From Endomicrobiales bacterium (GTDB taxonomy: Bacteria > Elusimicrobiota > Endomicrobiia > Endomicrobiales > JALOBY01): 64,000 nt of DNA. Of this stretch, positions 18,664 through 29,432 are shown one piece after another (position 1 is the first letter of the stretch; the number at the start of each line of letters is the position of its first letter). Both the position numbers and the translations under genes were made by a program. The DNA lies in NCBI GenBank assembly GCA_963796955.1, contig CAWCNJ010000005.1, forward strand, positions 160,001 through 224,000, in the 5' to 3' direction. The notes under the pieces are model-generated. The model saw nothing but the letters and a program-made list of their open reading frames with translations, was not told the DNA's origin and made no database searches.

Positions 18664-19404
18664 ATGGGCAACCAGCAAATAGTTTTCAGGGAGTACACTA
18701 AAGATATATTCCCAATCTTCAACGGCTACGGCGTTGCCATCCACACAATCGCGGCATCATGTAAAGATCCAGCCAAAGCTGTAATAGAACATTCTTTCGG
18801 CCGCGATGAGGGCTTAAATGAATTTGTTGAGCTAGGTGATATTATCGAAGCATACAGACTGGGCCTGAACAATATTCAGCCGTACAAGAATCGCGACTAC
18901 TCGTTTATTATAAACAACGGTAACGCACCAGACGAACAGGTAATGTTTAAAGAAATAAAAACTACGTCCGCCGAAAAGAAGTTTCAACTAAAGTGGCAAA
19001 CTTCCTTCGGAAGGAAAAAGCGGGCAACCTACAGCTGGGGCTGGATGAACAGGGTAATGTTCAGCTCATACACCGAAACCATGGAGCAAAGCAGCAGCCT
19101 TAAACTAAATTATCCTACCGGAAAGCTGAAGCTGCGTATATTCCTGCCAAAGCTATTTCCGCTGGACGAAAACCCATGCCTTGAAATGCAAAATTCCAAA
19201 GGCCAGAAGGCCAGGCTGCGCATTACAAACGAAGTAGGAGTTCTAAAAGAAGACATAGGCTTCAGCCTAAAAGTTAAGGAAGACTTTAAGTGCTACCAAA
19301 TCGAGATCTTCCGCCCCAACGTCAATGAAACCTACAAAATCACATGGTCGATGGGTGTAAAAGCCCTACCAAAGTATCTGGCCTGGCTTGAGTCCAGGGT
19401 ATAG
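18664..19404 (+). CDS. Hypothetical protein
   Basis: 246-aa ORF with GGGAG RBS. Confidence 0.65.
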   Translation: MGNQQIVFREYTKDIFPIFNGYGVAIHTIAASCKDPAKAVIEHSFGRDEGLNEFVELGDIIEAYRLGLNNIQPYKNRDYSFIINNGNAPDEQVMFKEIKTTSAEKKFQLKWQTSFGRKKRATYSWGWMNRVMFSSYTETMEQSSSLKLNYPTGKLKLRIFLPKLFPLDENPCLEMQNSKGQKARLRITNEVGVLKEDIGFSLKVKEDFKCYQIEIFRPNVNETYKITWSMGVKALPKYLAWLESRV

Positions 19405-19413
19405 GAGCTACTT

Positions 19414-19644
19414 ATGCATATAAAAGCGATAGTGTTGTTAATGGAAGCCCCAACACAAAACAAAAGCGTTTTGCCCACCCGCGAAGATTGGGCATCCCTG
19501 CGCCAAGCAGTAAAGCAAAAGACCGGCTATAACGAAGATGAGGCCGTCCAAGACTACATCATGGACAAGCTTGGCACCCAAAACCTGCAACTTGTCTCTG
19601 GCCAAGAAGTAAGGCAGCTAATCACACTACTAAAAGCAGCGTAA
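19414..19644 (+). CDS. Hypothetical protein
   Basis: AGGAG RBS, operonic spacing. Confidence 0.5.
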   Translation: MHIKAIVLLMEAPTQNKSVLPTREDWASLRQAVKQKTGYNEDEAVQDYIMDKLGTQNLQLVSGQEVRQLITLLKAA

Positions 19645-19668
19645 TCAAAGCGAACCAGGAGATATCAA

Positions 19669-20055
19669 TTGAAAAGACAACTTGAACAAAAACTCCTTAA
19701 AAGATTTTCCGGACTATTTAAAAGCACCACGCTGTATTGTGAGTGCAGTGATGGCTGGTATCACATTTTGTGGCGAATATTTGAGCAAATAGAGGAATCG
19801 TTGAAGAAGGAAAACAAGGGGTTTTGTGATCAACTATTTATTCACCAGGTCAAAGAAAAGTTTGGCAGGCTAAAAATATACATGTACGGAGGAAACGAAT
19901 CGATTAACAAAATAATCCAGCAAGCCGAAGCCGATTCCCGCAAGGTCTGCGAGCTATGTGGCAAACCCGGAAAATTACGAAGTATAAGGGGCTTACTGTC
20001 TACGTTGTGCGATGGTTGCTGTACCAAACTCCAAAAGCGTCGCAACCGGCTCTAA
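19669..20055 (+). CDS. Phage-like hypothetical protein with Zn-finger-type Cys pairs
   Basis: DGWY, QVKEKFG.L, CELCG, CDGC; AGGAG RBS before TTG. Confidence 0.65.
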   Translation: MKRQLEQKLLKRFSGLFKSTTLYCECSDGWYHILWRIFEQIEESLKKENKGFCDQLFIHQVKEKFGRLKIYMYGGNESINKIIQQAEADSRKVCELCGKPGKLRSIRGLLSTLCDGCCTKLQKRRNRL

Positions 20056-20160
20056 ATTGTTGAAATATCATCTCTAAAGAGGTATCATAATCTAGACGGA
20101 TGAAGCCATAATTGGGGAATTAATGTATCATCAACATACAAGTACGATATAGCAAAGATT

Positions 20161-20187
20161 AAAACCACCTTCAAGGGTGGTTTTTTG
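20161..20187 (+). terminator. Intrinsic terminator directly upstream of hsdM
   Basis: AAAACCACC-TTCAAG-GGTGGTTTTTT. Confidence 0.7.
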
Positions 20188-20223
20188 TAGTTTTAATAAG
20201 CTTAAAATAATAAAGGAATATCA

Positions 20224-22605
20224 ATGGCGATTAAAAAATCACAACTCTATAGTTCAATCTGGAAAAGCTGCGATGAACTTCGCGGCGGGATGGATGCGTC
20301 TCAGTACAAGGACTATGTGCTGGTGTTGTTGTTTATCAAATACATCTCTGATAAATATGCCGGTGTTTCGTTTGCGCCGATAACGGTTCCTAAAGGCGCA
20401 AGTTTCAAGGACATGGTTGCGCTAAAGGGAAAGCCAACCATCGGTGATGATATTAACAAGAAGATTATCCAGAAAATTGAGGAAGCAAACAAGTCACTGG
20501 GCAAGATATCAGTAAATTTTAATGATCCAGAAAAGCTGGGTAGTGATAGTGCAATGGTTGATAGACTGACTAGGCTTATTGCAATATTTGAGAATCCCGC
20601 ACTCGATTTCAGTAAAAACCGTGCGGAAGGTGATGACATTCTTGGCGATGCCTATGAATACCTGATGCGACACTTTGCCACAGAAAGTGGTAAAAGCAAA
20701 GGACAATTCTATACGCCTGCTGAGGTTAGCCGAATTATTGCCAAGATTATTGGTATTGCTAGTACTACTAACAAAACGCCGACGGTGTATGACCCCACGT
20801 GTGGTTCTGGATCATTGCTGTTAAAAGTGGCAGATGAAACAGACAAGAATGTAAGGCTTTTTGGACAGGAAAATGAAGGCCCTACCGCCGCTTTGGCACG
20901 CATGAATATGGTTTTGCATAATAATCCAACAGCGGTCATCGAGAAAGAAAATACCCTAGCCACCCCACTATTTAAAGATGGGGATCAACTTAAAACGTTT
21001 GACTTTGTGGTAGCCAATCCGCCATTCTCCTACAAATCGTGGAGCAACGGCGTTAATGCAGAGAATGACCCTTTCGGAAGATTTCAGGGCTTTGGCGTAC
21101 CTCCTACAAAGAATGGTGACTACGCGTTTCTGCTCCATATAATCCGTTCAATCAAGACCACTGGTAAGGGTGCGTGTATTCTGCCTCACGGTGTGCTGTT
21201 TCGCGGCAATGCCGAGGCCGAGATACGAACCAACATCATCCGTCGAGGCTACATCAAAGGCATAATAGGTCTGCCAGCAAACCTTTTCTATGGCACGGGC
21301 ATACCTGCTTGTATTATCGTGATAGACAAGGAAAATGCCGACAATCGTAAAGGTATCTTTATGATAGATGCCGGCAAAGGTTTTGAAAAAGATGGCAACA
21401 AAAACCGCCTGCGTGCCCAGGATATTCATAAGATCGTTGATGTGTTCAATAAACAGATAGAAATACCCAAATATTCGCGCATGGTAAGCGTTGTTGAAAT
21501 TGAGAAGAATGAGTTTAACCTTAACATCCCGCGCTACATTGATAGCCAGGAGCCAGAAGACATACAGGATATCGAAGCACACCTGAAAGGTGGCATCCCA
21601 AATCAAGATATTGCTGACCTTAATAATTATTGGGATGTATATCCAACTCTTAAGGCTTCGCTGTTTAAGTCGAGCGAGAGAAAAGGATATAGTGCGCTAA
21701 AAATCACCCAGGAAGAGATTAAGTCTAAAATATTCTCTCACCCAGAATTTACTGCATACGCCAAAACAATGGAAGCAACATTCGACGCATGGAGAACGAA
21801 AAACACTGCTGTTCTCAAAAAGCTTTCGGTTGATGCTATACCAAAGAAAGTAATCCATCAAATATCCGAACATCTACTGGACACTTTCAGTAAAACAAAG
21901 TTAATTGATAAGTACGACATTTACGAACACCTTATGGAGTACTGGGCAGCAACCATGCAAGATGATATGTACTTGATAGCCGCCGATGGCTGGCATGTCG
22001 TGCTTGCTCCCGTTGAAGGCAAGAAGGGCGTGCTAGAGTGTGACTTGGTTCCTAAGTGCCTTGTTATCAATCGCTATTTCTCCAAAGAGATGAAGGAAAT
22101 AGAGGAACTGCATCTCAAGTTGGACGCCACCGCACGTGATATGGAAGAACTTGTCGAAGAGCATAGTGGTGATGATGGATATTTTGCAGACTTTGAGAAA
22201 ATCAATAAAGCAAGCGTCTTAGAGAGAGCCAAAGAAATTAAAGGCAAGAAAGCAGATATTGCCGAACTTGAAGTAATGGAAAAATATCTTGAGATTAGTG
22301 CAACTGAGTCTGACACCAAGAAGAACCTCAAAGAATCTGAAAAGGCAGTTGAGGCAAGCGTAGTTGCTAAATATGAAATGCTTACAGAACCAGATATCAA
22401 GATACTGGTTGTTGAAGATAAGTGGATGACAGCTCTCGAACAGGCAGTTCATGGTGAAATGGATCGTATTAGCCACCGGCTTAACGGCCGCATTAAAGAA
22501 CTTGCTGAACGCTATGAAACGCCAATGCCAGCACTCACCACTGAAACCGAATCACTTGCCAACAAAGTAGATGAACACCTCAGAAAAATGGGGTTTACGT
22601 GGTAA
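20224..22605 (+). CDS. hsdM: Type I R-M methyltransferase subunit
   Basis: GQFYTP, YDPTCGSGSLL, ANPPF, PHGVLFRG. Confidence 0.95.
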   Translation: MAIKKSQLYSSIWKSCDELRGGMDASQYKDYVLVLLFIKYISDKYAGVSFAPITVPKGASFKDMVALKGKPTIGDDINKKIIQKIEEANKSLGKISVNFNDPEKLGSDSAMVDRLTRLIAIFENPALDFSKNRAEGDDILGDAYEYLMRHFATESGKSKGQFYTPAEVSRIIAKIIGIASTTNKTPTVYDPTCGSGSLLLKVADETDKNVRLFGQENEGPTAALARMNMVLHNNPTAVIEKENTLATPLFKDGDQLKTFDFVVANPPFSYKSWSNGVNAENDPFGRFQGFGVPPTKNGDYAFLLHIIRSIKTTGKGACILPHGVLFRGNAEAEIRTNIIRRGYIKGIIGLPANLFYGTGIPACIIVIDKENADNRKGIFMIDAGKGFEKDGNKNRLRAQDIHKIVDVFNKQIEIPKYSRMVSVVEIEKNEFNLNIPRYIDSQEPEDIQDIEAHLKGGIPNQDIADLNNYWDVYPTLKASLFKSSERKGYSALKITQEEIKSKIFSHPEFTAYAKTMEATFDAWRTKNTAVLKKLSVDAIPKKVIHQISEHLLDTFSKTKLIDKYDIYEHLMEYWAATMQDDMYLIAADGWHVVLAPVEGKKGVLECDLVPKCLVINRYFSKEMKEIEELHLKLDATARDMEELVEEHSGDDGYFADFEKINKASVLERAKEIKGKKADIAELEVMEKYLEISATESDTKKNLKESEKAVEASVVAKYEMLTEPDIKILVVEDKWMTALEQAVHGEMDRISHRLNGRIKELAERYETPMPALTTETESLANKVDEHLRKMGFTW

Positions 22606-23798
22606 CGAATACTTTGGTTAAAAAAGGTTACAAGAAGACTGATGTGGGATTGATCCCCGTCGATTGGTTTGTTAAAAGGTTTGTTGATGTTACTAAAATC
22701 ATAACATGTGGCTTAGCCGCGACTCCCAAATATGTAAGTGAGTCGACAGGTAAACCATTTCTTTCAGCCCAAAATGTTCAAAATGGCAAAGTCGTTTATA
22801 GCAAATATCGATATATCTCAAAAGAGTTGTTCGAACAAATTACAAGGCACAATAAACCACAAAAAGGTGATTTGCTGTACACTCGCGTAGGTGCTGGAAT
22901 TGGCGAAGCTGGCGTGGTTGAAGATGATTTTGAATTTGGAATATATGTCAGTTTGTCATTAATAAGAGCTGATAAAGTTCAGTTACATAATTATTATTTG
23001 CTTCACTTACTGAATAGCCCGAAATTCAAGCTTCTTGCAAAGAGCGGTCAGTTGGCTGGAGGCGGCGTTCAAAACTTAAATGTTCATGTTGTTCGTGAAT
23101 ATTTGATTCCACTTCCATCACGTAAAGAACAAGCTGCCATTGCCAAGGTCCTTTCTGACACCGATGCACTGATTGAAAACATTGATAAACTGATTGCCAA
23201 AAAAAGGGATATCAAGTTAGGAACAATGCAACAGGTGCTAACTGGGTCGAAAGGAATACAAGGGTCTGGTGGAAAGTGGGATGTAAAAAGACTGGGTGAT
23301 ATTGCGGAAATACGGAGGGGGCAATTAATCACTGAGAGCACACGGTGTGAGGGCAGCATACCGGTAATTGCTGGCGGAAAGACTCCTTCATATTATCATA
23401 ATCAAGCAAATCGTAATGGCAAGACGATCTCTGTTAGTTGTTCGGGTGCTAGTGCGGGATATGTTTCTTTTCACACTACCCCAATATTCGCATCAGATTG
23501 CTCTACAATTGAAGAATTAGAAACATACTCAGTTGAATTTCTGTATCATTCCATGAAGTTTAGGCAAGAGGATATATACAAAATGCAAACTGGTGGTGCT
23601 CAACCCCATATTCACTCCAGAGATTTAAAGCCAATCAGTATGCTCATTCCGCCGCTTAGCGAGCAAAATGCAATTGCCAACATTCTTTCCGATATGGATG
23701 CAGAAATTGAACAACTGGAACACAAACGAGATAAATATATAATGATCAAGCAGGGCATGATGCAGCAACTATTAACGGGGAGAATTCGGTTAGTATGA
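22599..23798 (+). CDS. hsdS: Type I R-M specificity subunit
   Basis: Two TRDs with PLPS..EQ..IA and PPLSEQNAIA spacers, MQQLLTG. Confidence 0.95.
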   Translation: MVTNTLVKKGYKKTDVGLIPVDWFVKRFVDVTKIITCGLAATPKYVSESTGKPFLSAQNVQNGKVVYSKYRYISKELFEQITRHNKPQKGDLLYTRVGAGIGEAGVVEDDFEFGIYVSLSLIRADKVQLHNYYLLHLLNSPKFKLLAKSGQLAGGGVQNLNVHVVREYLIPLPSRKEQAAIAKVLSDTDALIENIDKLIAKKRDIKLGTMQQVLTGSKGIQGSGGKWDVKRLGDIAEIRRGQLITESTRCEGSIPVIAGGKTPSYYHNQANRNGKTISVSCSGASAGYVSFHTTPIFASDCSTIEELETYSVEFLYHSMKFRQEDIYKMQTGGAQPHIHSRDLKPISMLIPPLSEQNAIANILSDMDAEIEQLEHKRDKYIMIKQGMMQQLLTGRIRLV

Positions 23799-26344
23799 AT
23801 TCAGGCATAGTGCAATGGCTTAACAAGCAACCCATATGGATACGAGAGGCGTCGAGACGCATTTTTGTAAACGGTGTACTGGCTGAAAATGATTATAAAG
23901 ACTTGCTATCTTTTGTAAAATCGCCCGATATTTGTGACATTGAATTGGGTGAGGGTTATTCACAGGTTGTTGCAACCAGCAAATCATCGGACACCATAAG
24001 AATCAATGCAATTGGTAAAATTGAAAATATTGACAACCTATCACCAACAAAGCCTCTCGTTTTTGGTTCAGAAAACCTCAGTGTTGTGTATGGCAACAAT
24101 GGTTCTGGTAAGTCTGGATATGTGCGTATATTAAAAAATGCCAGTGGTAAGATGGGGTCTGGAAAGCTGAAACCAAATGTTTATAAAATTGCAACAAGTG
24201 ATCAATCATGTGATATTTCTTATTTGATTAATGGTAACGATACTAAGGCTAGGTGGATCGCAAATGGCAATCCACTGGATGATTTAAGATCTCTTGGGAT
24301 ATTCGATGACACTTGTTGTCGTATGTATATTGATGATGAATCAGAACCATCATATCTCCCTCCTGAATTAGTGTATTTTACTGATTTGGTAAACGCGTGT
24401 GATACTATAGATAAAGCATTGCAAACTGAACAGGCTGCTCTAGTAAAAAAGTTGCCCGAGTTACCACCCAGGTTTTCTCGCACCGTGGCAGGAATTAATT
24501 ACACAAATCTGAGTCTGGATTTGGATCAAACAAAACTCGATGAGTTAAGATCTTGGACCGATGAAGATGCCAAGATGCTTACAGATATAAATACACGCCT
24601 TACAACCGGTGATCCAGCTGTAGAAGCCAGGAAAAGGTGTGTCGTAAAAGAACAGATTGATCAAATAGTTGCGCAAATTGACATTGTTTCGAATTTCGTT
24701 AGCAAAGAATTTTATATTACTATCGCTGAACTAAGGTTAGCCGCACGACAGAAGCGTAGTGCTGCACTTGATGGAGCTCGTGTTCTTAGTAATGTATCAA
24801 TTCATGATGGGGTAGGTTCTGAGACATGGCGATTATTATGGAATGCTGCTCGCGAATACTCAACAACAGTGGCATATGTTGATAAACCTTTTCCTAATAT
24901 CGAAGAACACTCACGGTGTATTTTCTGCCATCAGCAGCTCGATAATCAGGCATGCGATCGTCTTAGGTCTTTCGAAACGTATATGACAGGAAAATTGCAA
25001 CAAGAAGCGGAAAATAGTGAGATAGAGTTAAATAACACGATGGGCAAGATTCCGATAATGCCTACTGAAGAGAGTATAATAGCTAGTTGCCAAGTTGCTG
25101 AGTTGTCTAACGACCTTCGTGATAGAATAGGAGCAGTCTGGAAAGAAATTCGGCAGAATGTGCAATGTCTCAAAACAGCAACTACGTTGAGTGATTTCAA
25201 AAGTGTAAGTCCATCCTTGGAGTGCTTAGTCACTGAATTAAATGAGTTGTTACGTTATAACGAAAACCTAAAACGACAATATGAGAATGATGCCAAATCA
25301 TTCAACAGGGCTGTTATATCGGCTGAGGCACTTGAGCTTCAGGCAAGGGAGTGGACTGCACAACAGATGGGTGCAATTAAAACCGAACTTGAAAGGCTTG
25401 AGAAAGTATGTCAGTACGATAAATGGAGAAAGCTTACAAGTACAACATCGATTTCAAAAAAAGCAAGCGAGGTGTCTGAAAACCTTCTTACTGATGCATA
25501 TATTGCTCGGTTTAATGATGAGCTCAAAAATCTTGGTGCAAAACATATTAGTGTTGAACTTGTTAAAACTCGTGTATCTCAGGGCCGTAGTATGCATCAA
25601 GTGAAATTGAAAGGTCTTGCAGTGCTAAATACTGATGCGTCCGACATATTAAGTGAGGGTGAGAAGGGTGTTGTTTCGCTTGCTGCATTTCTTGCTGATA
25701 CTAATGGGAAGCCATCAGTAGCTCCCTTAATTTTCGATGATCCAATATCCTCACTTGATCAATTGTATGAAGAAAAAACAATTGATAGATTGGTTCAGCT
25801 TAGTAAGGATCGACAGGTAATTGTTTTTACACACAGGCTGAGTTTCGTGGGTATGATATATGATAGGGTGACTTCGGAAGTTTTAAGTATACGATGTGAA
25901 ACTTGGGGATCAGGTGAGCCGTGTGAAGTACCGCTCTTTGCTAAAAAACCTGAGAATGCATTAAGGGATTTAAAAAATGGTCGACTTTCTAGGGCAAAAG
26001 TAACCTATATCAACAAAGGCTATGATGCATATTATCAAGATGCAAAATCGATATGTGGAGATATTCGTATTCTTACGGAACGTATTGTTGAATCCATCCT
26101 ATTGTTTGGTATTGTTCAAAGACATCGTAGGGAAGTACAAACAAAAGGTAAGATTCACAAACTGTGCCAAATTTCGCAGAATGATTGTGCGATGATTGAT
26201 GAAATAATGACTGATTATTCATGTTATGAACATAGCCAATCACAAGAGTCTCCAATTGAATTGCCGAAACCAGAAAAATTGGAAGCAGATATTGATAAGA
26301 TTTTGTCATGGACTGATGAGTTTAAAGGGCGGCATCATGAATAG
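23795..26344 (+). CDS. ABC/SMC-type ATPase with zinc hook (AAA_13/RloC-like)
   Basis: GNNGSGKS, central CIFC in a coiled coil, LSEGEK, LIFDDPISSLD, VFTH. Confidence 0.8.
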   Translation: MNSGIVQWLNKQPIWIREASRRIFVNGVLAENDYKDLLSFVKSPDICDIELGEGYSQVVATSKSSDTIRINAIGKIENIDNLSPTKPLVFGSENLSVVYGNNGSGKSGYVRILKNASGKMGSGKLKPNVYKIATSDQSCDISYLINGNDTKARWIANGNPLDDLRSLGIFDDTCCRMYIDDESEPSYLPPELVYFTDLVNACDTIDKALQTEQAALVKKLPELPPRFSRTVAGINYTNLSLDLDQTKLDELRSWTDEDAKMLTDINTRLTTGDPAVEARKRCVVKEQIDQIVAQIDIVSNFVSKEFYITIAELRLAARQKRSAALDGARVLSNVSIHDGVGSETWRLLWNAAREYSTTVAYVDKPFPNIEEHSRCIFCHQQLDNQACDRLRSFETYMTGKLQQEAENSEIELNNTMGKIPIMPTEESIIASCQVAELSNDLRDRIGAVWKEIRQNVQCLKTATTLSDFKSVSPSLECLVTELNELLRYNENLKRQYENDAKSFNRAVISAEALELQAREWTAQQMGAIKTELERLEKVCQYDKWRKLTSTTSISKKASEVSENLLTDAYIARFNDELKNLGAKHISVELVKTRVSQGRSMHQVKLKGLAVLNTDASDILSEGEKGVVSLAAFLADTNGKPSVAPLIFDDPISSLDQLYEEKTIDRLVQLSKDRQVIVFTHRLSFVGMIYDRVTSEVLSIRCETWGSGEPCEVPLFAKKPENALRDLKNGRLSRAKVTYINKGYDAYYQDAKSICGDIRILTERIVESILLFGIVQRHRREVQTKGKIHKLCQISQNDCAMIDEIMTDYSCYEHSQSQESPIELPKPEKLEADIDKILSWTDEFKGRHHE

Positions 26345-29300
26345 TGTTGGTCAAATTGAGCGTATAACCCAAAACCGTGTTGTAGCCTTGTTTCGAGATC
26401 AGCTTGATTATAAGTATCTTGGAAATTGGGAGGATCAACCTAACAATAGCAATATTGTGGAAGCCGAGGTCAGAAAGTATTTGACTGGGCGTGGGTATAG
26501 TGATGCTTTGATAGCACGTGCATTGGACAAGCTGCGTGATGCGGCCAATAACTATGGAGAAAGCCTATACACAAATAACCAGAATGTATATAAGCTTCTC
26601 CGATATGGCATTGGTATTGTAGAAAGTGCAGGAGAAAACCATGAGCAAGTGCACCTGATAGACTGGAAGCATCCTGAGAAAAACAATTTTGCTATAGCTG
26701 AAGAAGTAACAATTATGGGAAACCGCGAAAAACGGCCCGACATAGTGTTGTATGTAAATGGCATTGCTATTGGTGTGCTTGAACTGAAACGTAGCACCGT
26801 ATCCATAGGTGACGGTATACGCCAAAGCATAGTCAATCAACAAAAAGAGTTTATAGAGTCTTTCTTCTCAACAGTACAGTTTGTTTTCGCAGGCAACGAT
26901 ACCGAGGGTCTAAGGTATGGAACAATTAAGACCCCAGAAAAGTATTTTTTAAACTGGAAAGAAGACGAGCAGAATAGTAGTATGCTGCAGTTGGACAAAT
27001 ACCTGCTTAAAATGTGTAACAAAGAAAGACTGTTGGAAATAATATACGACTTTGTGCTTTTTGATGGCGGCTACAAAAAGTTGCCACGGCCACACCAATA
27101 CTTTGGTATTAAAGCAGCACAAGAATATGTCCGCCGGCGTGAAGGCGGCATAATATGGCATACGCAGGGTAGCGGTAAAAGCTTAGTAATGGTTTGGCTT
27201 GCAAAGTGGATTCTGGAAAACAACCCAAATGCTCGTGTTGTGGTGTTAACAGATCGCATTGAGTTAGACAAACAAATTGAGCGTGTGTTCCGTGATGCCG
27301 GTGAGGTGGGGATTAAGCGTACTATAAGCGGTACTGATTTGATGGGACAACTTAGCCAACCGTTGCCGCGCTTGCTGTGTTCCCTTATACATAAGTTTGG
27401 TGTGAGGGATGTGGCGAACTTTGATGCATATATTAAAGAGCTGCAGAATGCGCCTAGCAGTACTGTGGGTGAGCTGTTTGTGTTTGTTGATGAATGTCAT
27501 CGGTCTGAGTCTGGCAAACTGCATAAAGCTATGAAGGCGATACTCAGGAATGCGGTATTCATAGGTTTTACGGGTACACCGCTTCTTAAGAAGGACAAGC
27601 AAACAAGCAGGGAAGTTTTCGGTAAATATATTCACACATACAAATTTAACGAGGCTGTAGAGGATGGGGTTGTATTAGATTTGGTGTATGAAGCCCGCGA
27701 TATTGATACGAAATTATCATCAAACGATAAAGTGGATGCATGGTTTGAAGCAAAGACGAAAGGACTTAATGACTTTCAAAAACATGAGCTCAAGAAGAAG
27801 TGGGGTACGATGCAGCAAGTACTCAGCTCTAAATCGCGCTTAGATAAGATTGTACAGGATGTGGTGTTTGATTTTAGCACTAGGCCGCGCCTGAGTTCAG
27901 ACTTCGGGAATGCGATAGTGGTTGCAGGTAGCATTTATGAAGCAACTAGATACTTTGAGATGTTTCAGAATACCTCACTTAAAGGCAAATGTGCCTTGAT
28001 TACCTCGTATAACCCTGCCACAAAAGATATTACAACCGAAGGCACAGGTGACAATACAGAAACTGGCAAAGAATACGTGTATAAAATGTACACTGCATTG
28101 TTGAACGATGTTGTGGCAGAACCGGGTAAAACTAAATCTGAAACGTACGAAGATAGGGCTAAACTGAAGTTTATTACTGAGCCCGCAAATATGAAACTGC
28201 TTGTCGTTGTTGATAAGCTGCTGGTAGGATTTGATGCGCCGCCATGTACTTACCTTTATATAGATAAGAATATGCAGGATCATGGCTTGTTTCAGGCAAT
28301 TTGCCGCGTGAATCGGCTGCATACGGAAGATAAGGACTTTGGATATATTGTTGATTACAAAGATTTATTTTCTAAACTCGGTGATGCATACAAGGTATAT
28401 GCAACGGAATTGGATGACCTCGGAAATGACACAACAAATATTGATATTGTGTTAAAGGATAGGTTGGCAAAAGGCAAGGAACGGTTGGACGATGCTCTGG
28501 AAGCTGTTGCCCTTGTTTGTGAGCCTGTGTTGCCTCCAAGGGACAACCTGGCCTACATTCACTATTTCTGCGGTAATCCAGAGAGTAAGCAAGACCTTAA
28601 GGATACCGAGGTAAGACGAAATGCATTGTACAAGAATACTGTTGCCCTGATACGCGCCTATGCCAATATTGCGGATGAGATGAGCGAAGCCGGCTACAGC
28701 ACCAGCGAAATTGACGGTGTTAAGAAATCACTAACTAAATATTTAAATCTCAGAGAAGAGATTAGGATGGCTAGTGGGGAAAAGCTTGACCTTAAGACCT
28801 ATGAAGCTGATATGCGGCACTTGATTGATACCTATATTCAGGCCGAGGATAGCAGGCGAATAGATCCATTCGAAAATCAGTCTCTGCTAGATATTATGGT
28901 TAATAGCGGCATTGCTGATGCCATAAAAAGCCTTCCTGATGGTATACGAAGCAGTAAAGAAGCAATGCAGGAGACGATTGAAAACAATGTACGCGTTAAA
29001 ATAATTAAAGATCATTTAATTGACCCGGCGTACTTTGATGAGATGTCTAAGCTATTAAACGAAATTATACGAGAAAGAAAAGAGAAGGCGGTAACGTATG
29101 AGGAATACCTGAAAAGGATTGCCGAATTGGCAAAACGCGTTGCCAATCTTACACGGAATGATTTGCCGGCTCGTATACAGACGGGAGCGCAGCGGGCCTT
29201 ATACGATAATCTTGAAAGAAAGACTGAGCTGGCAATAGATGTTGATACCTCAGTAAGAGAACATGTGCGTGCTGATTGGCGTGGGAATGTGCCTGCGGAA

Positions 29301-29432
29301 AATTTGATAAAACAGGGAATTTATGAAGTTCTGCACGATAAAGAAGAAGTTGAAAGAATTTTCCAAATTAAATGTACGGTGTCAGACTTAAGTAACTTAA
29401 GTAAATTGACTTTTCTGGCAGAAAATAGATAA
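26337..29432 (+). CDS. hsdR: Type I R-M restriction subunit; last residues replaced by inserted element sequence
   Basis: RPDIVLYVNG..ELK, HTQGSGKS, DECHR, FTGTP, QAICRVNR. Confidence 0.95.
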   Translation: MNSVGQIERITQNRVVALFRDQLDYKYLGNWEDQPNNSNIVEAEVRKYLTGRGYSDALIARALDKLRDAANNYGESLYTNNQNVYKLLRYGIGIVESAGENHEQVHLIDWKHPEKNNFAIAEEVTIMGNREKRPDIVLYVNGIAIGVLELKRSTVSIGDGIRQSIVNQQKEFIESFFSTVQFVFAGNDTEGLRYGTIKTPEKYFLNWKEDEQNSSMLQLDKYLLKMCNKERLLEIIYDFVLFDGGYKKLPRPHQYFGIKAAQEYVRRREGGIIWHTQGSGKSLVMVWLAKWILENNPNARVVVLTDRIELDKQIERVFRDAGEVGIKRTISGTDLMGQLSQPLPRLLCSLIHKFGVRDVANFDAYIKELQNAPSSTVGELFVFVDECHRSESGKLHKAMKAILRNAVFIGFTGTPLLKKDKQTSREVFGKYIHTYKFNEAVEDGVVLDLVYEARDIDTKLSSNDKVDAWFEAKTKGLNDFQKHELKKKWGTMQQVLSSKSRLDKIVQDVVFDFSTRPRLSSDFGNAIVVAGSIYEATRYFEMFQNTSLKGKCALITSYNPATKDITTEGTGDNTETGKEYVYKMYTALLNDVVAEPGKTKSETYEDRAKLKFITEPANMKLLVVVDKLLVGFDAPPCTYLYIDKNMQDHGLFQAICRVNRLHTEDKDFGYIVDYKDLFSKLGDAYKVYATELDDLGNDTTNIDIVLKDRLAKGKERLDDALEAVALVCEPVLPPRDNLAYIHYFCGNPESKQDLKDTEVRRNALYKNTVALIRAYANIADEMSEAGYSTSEIDGVKKSLTKYLNLREEIRMASGEKLDLKTYEADMRHLIDTYIQAEDSRRIDPFENQSLLDIMVNSGIADAIKSLPDGIRSSKEAMQETIENNVRVKIIKDHLIDPAYFDEMSKLLNEIIRERKEKAVTYEEYLKRIAELAKRVANLTRNDLPARIQTGAQRALYDNLERKTELAIDVDTSVREHVRADWRGNVPAENLIKQGIYEVLHDKEEVERIFQIKCTVSDLSNLSKLTFLAENR

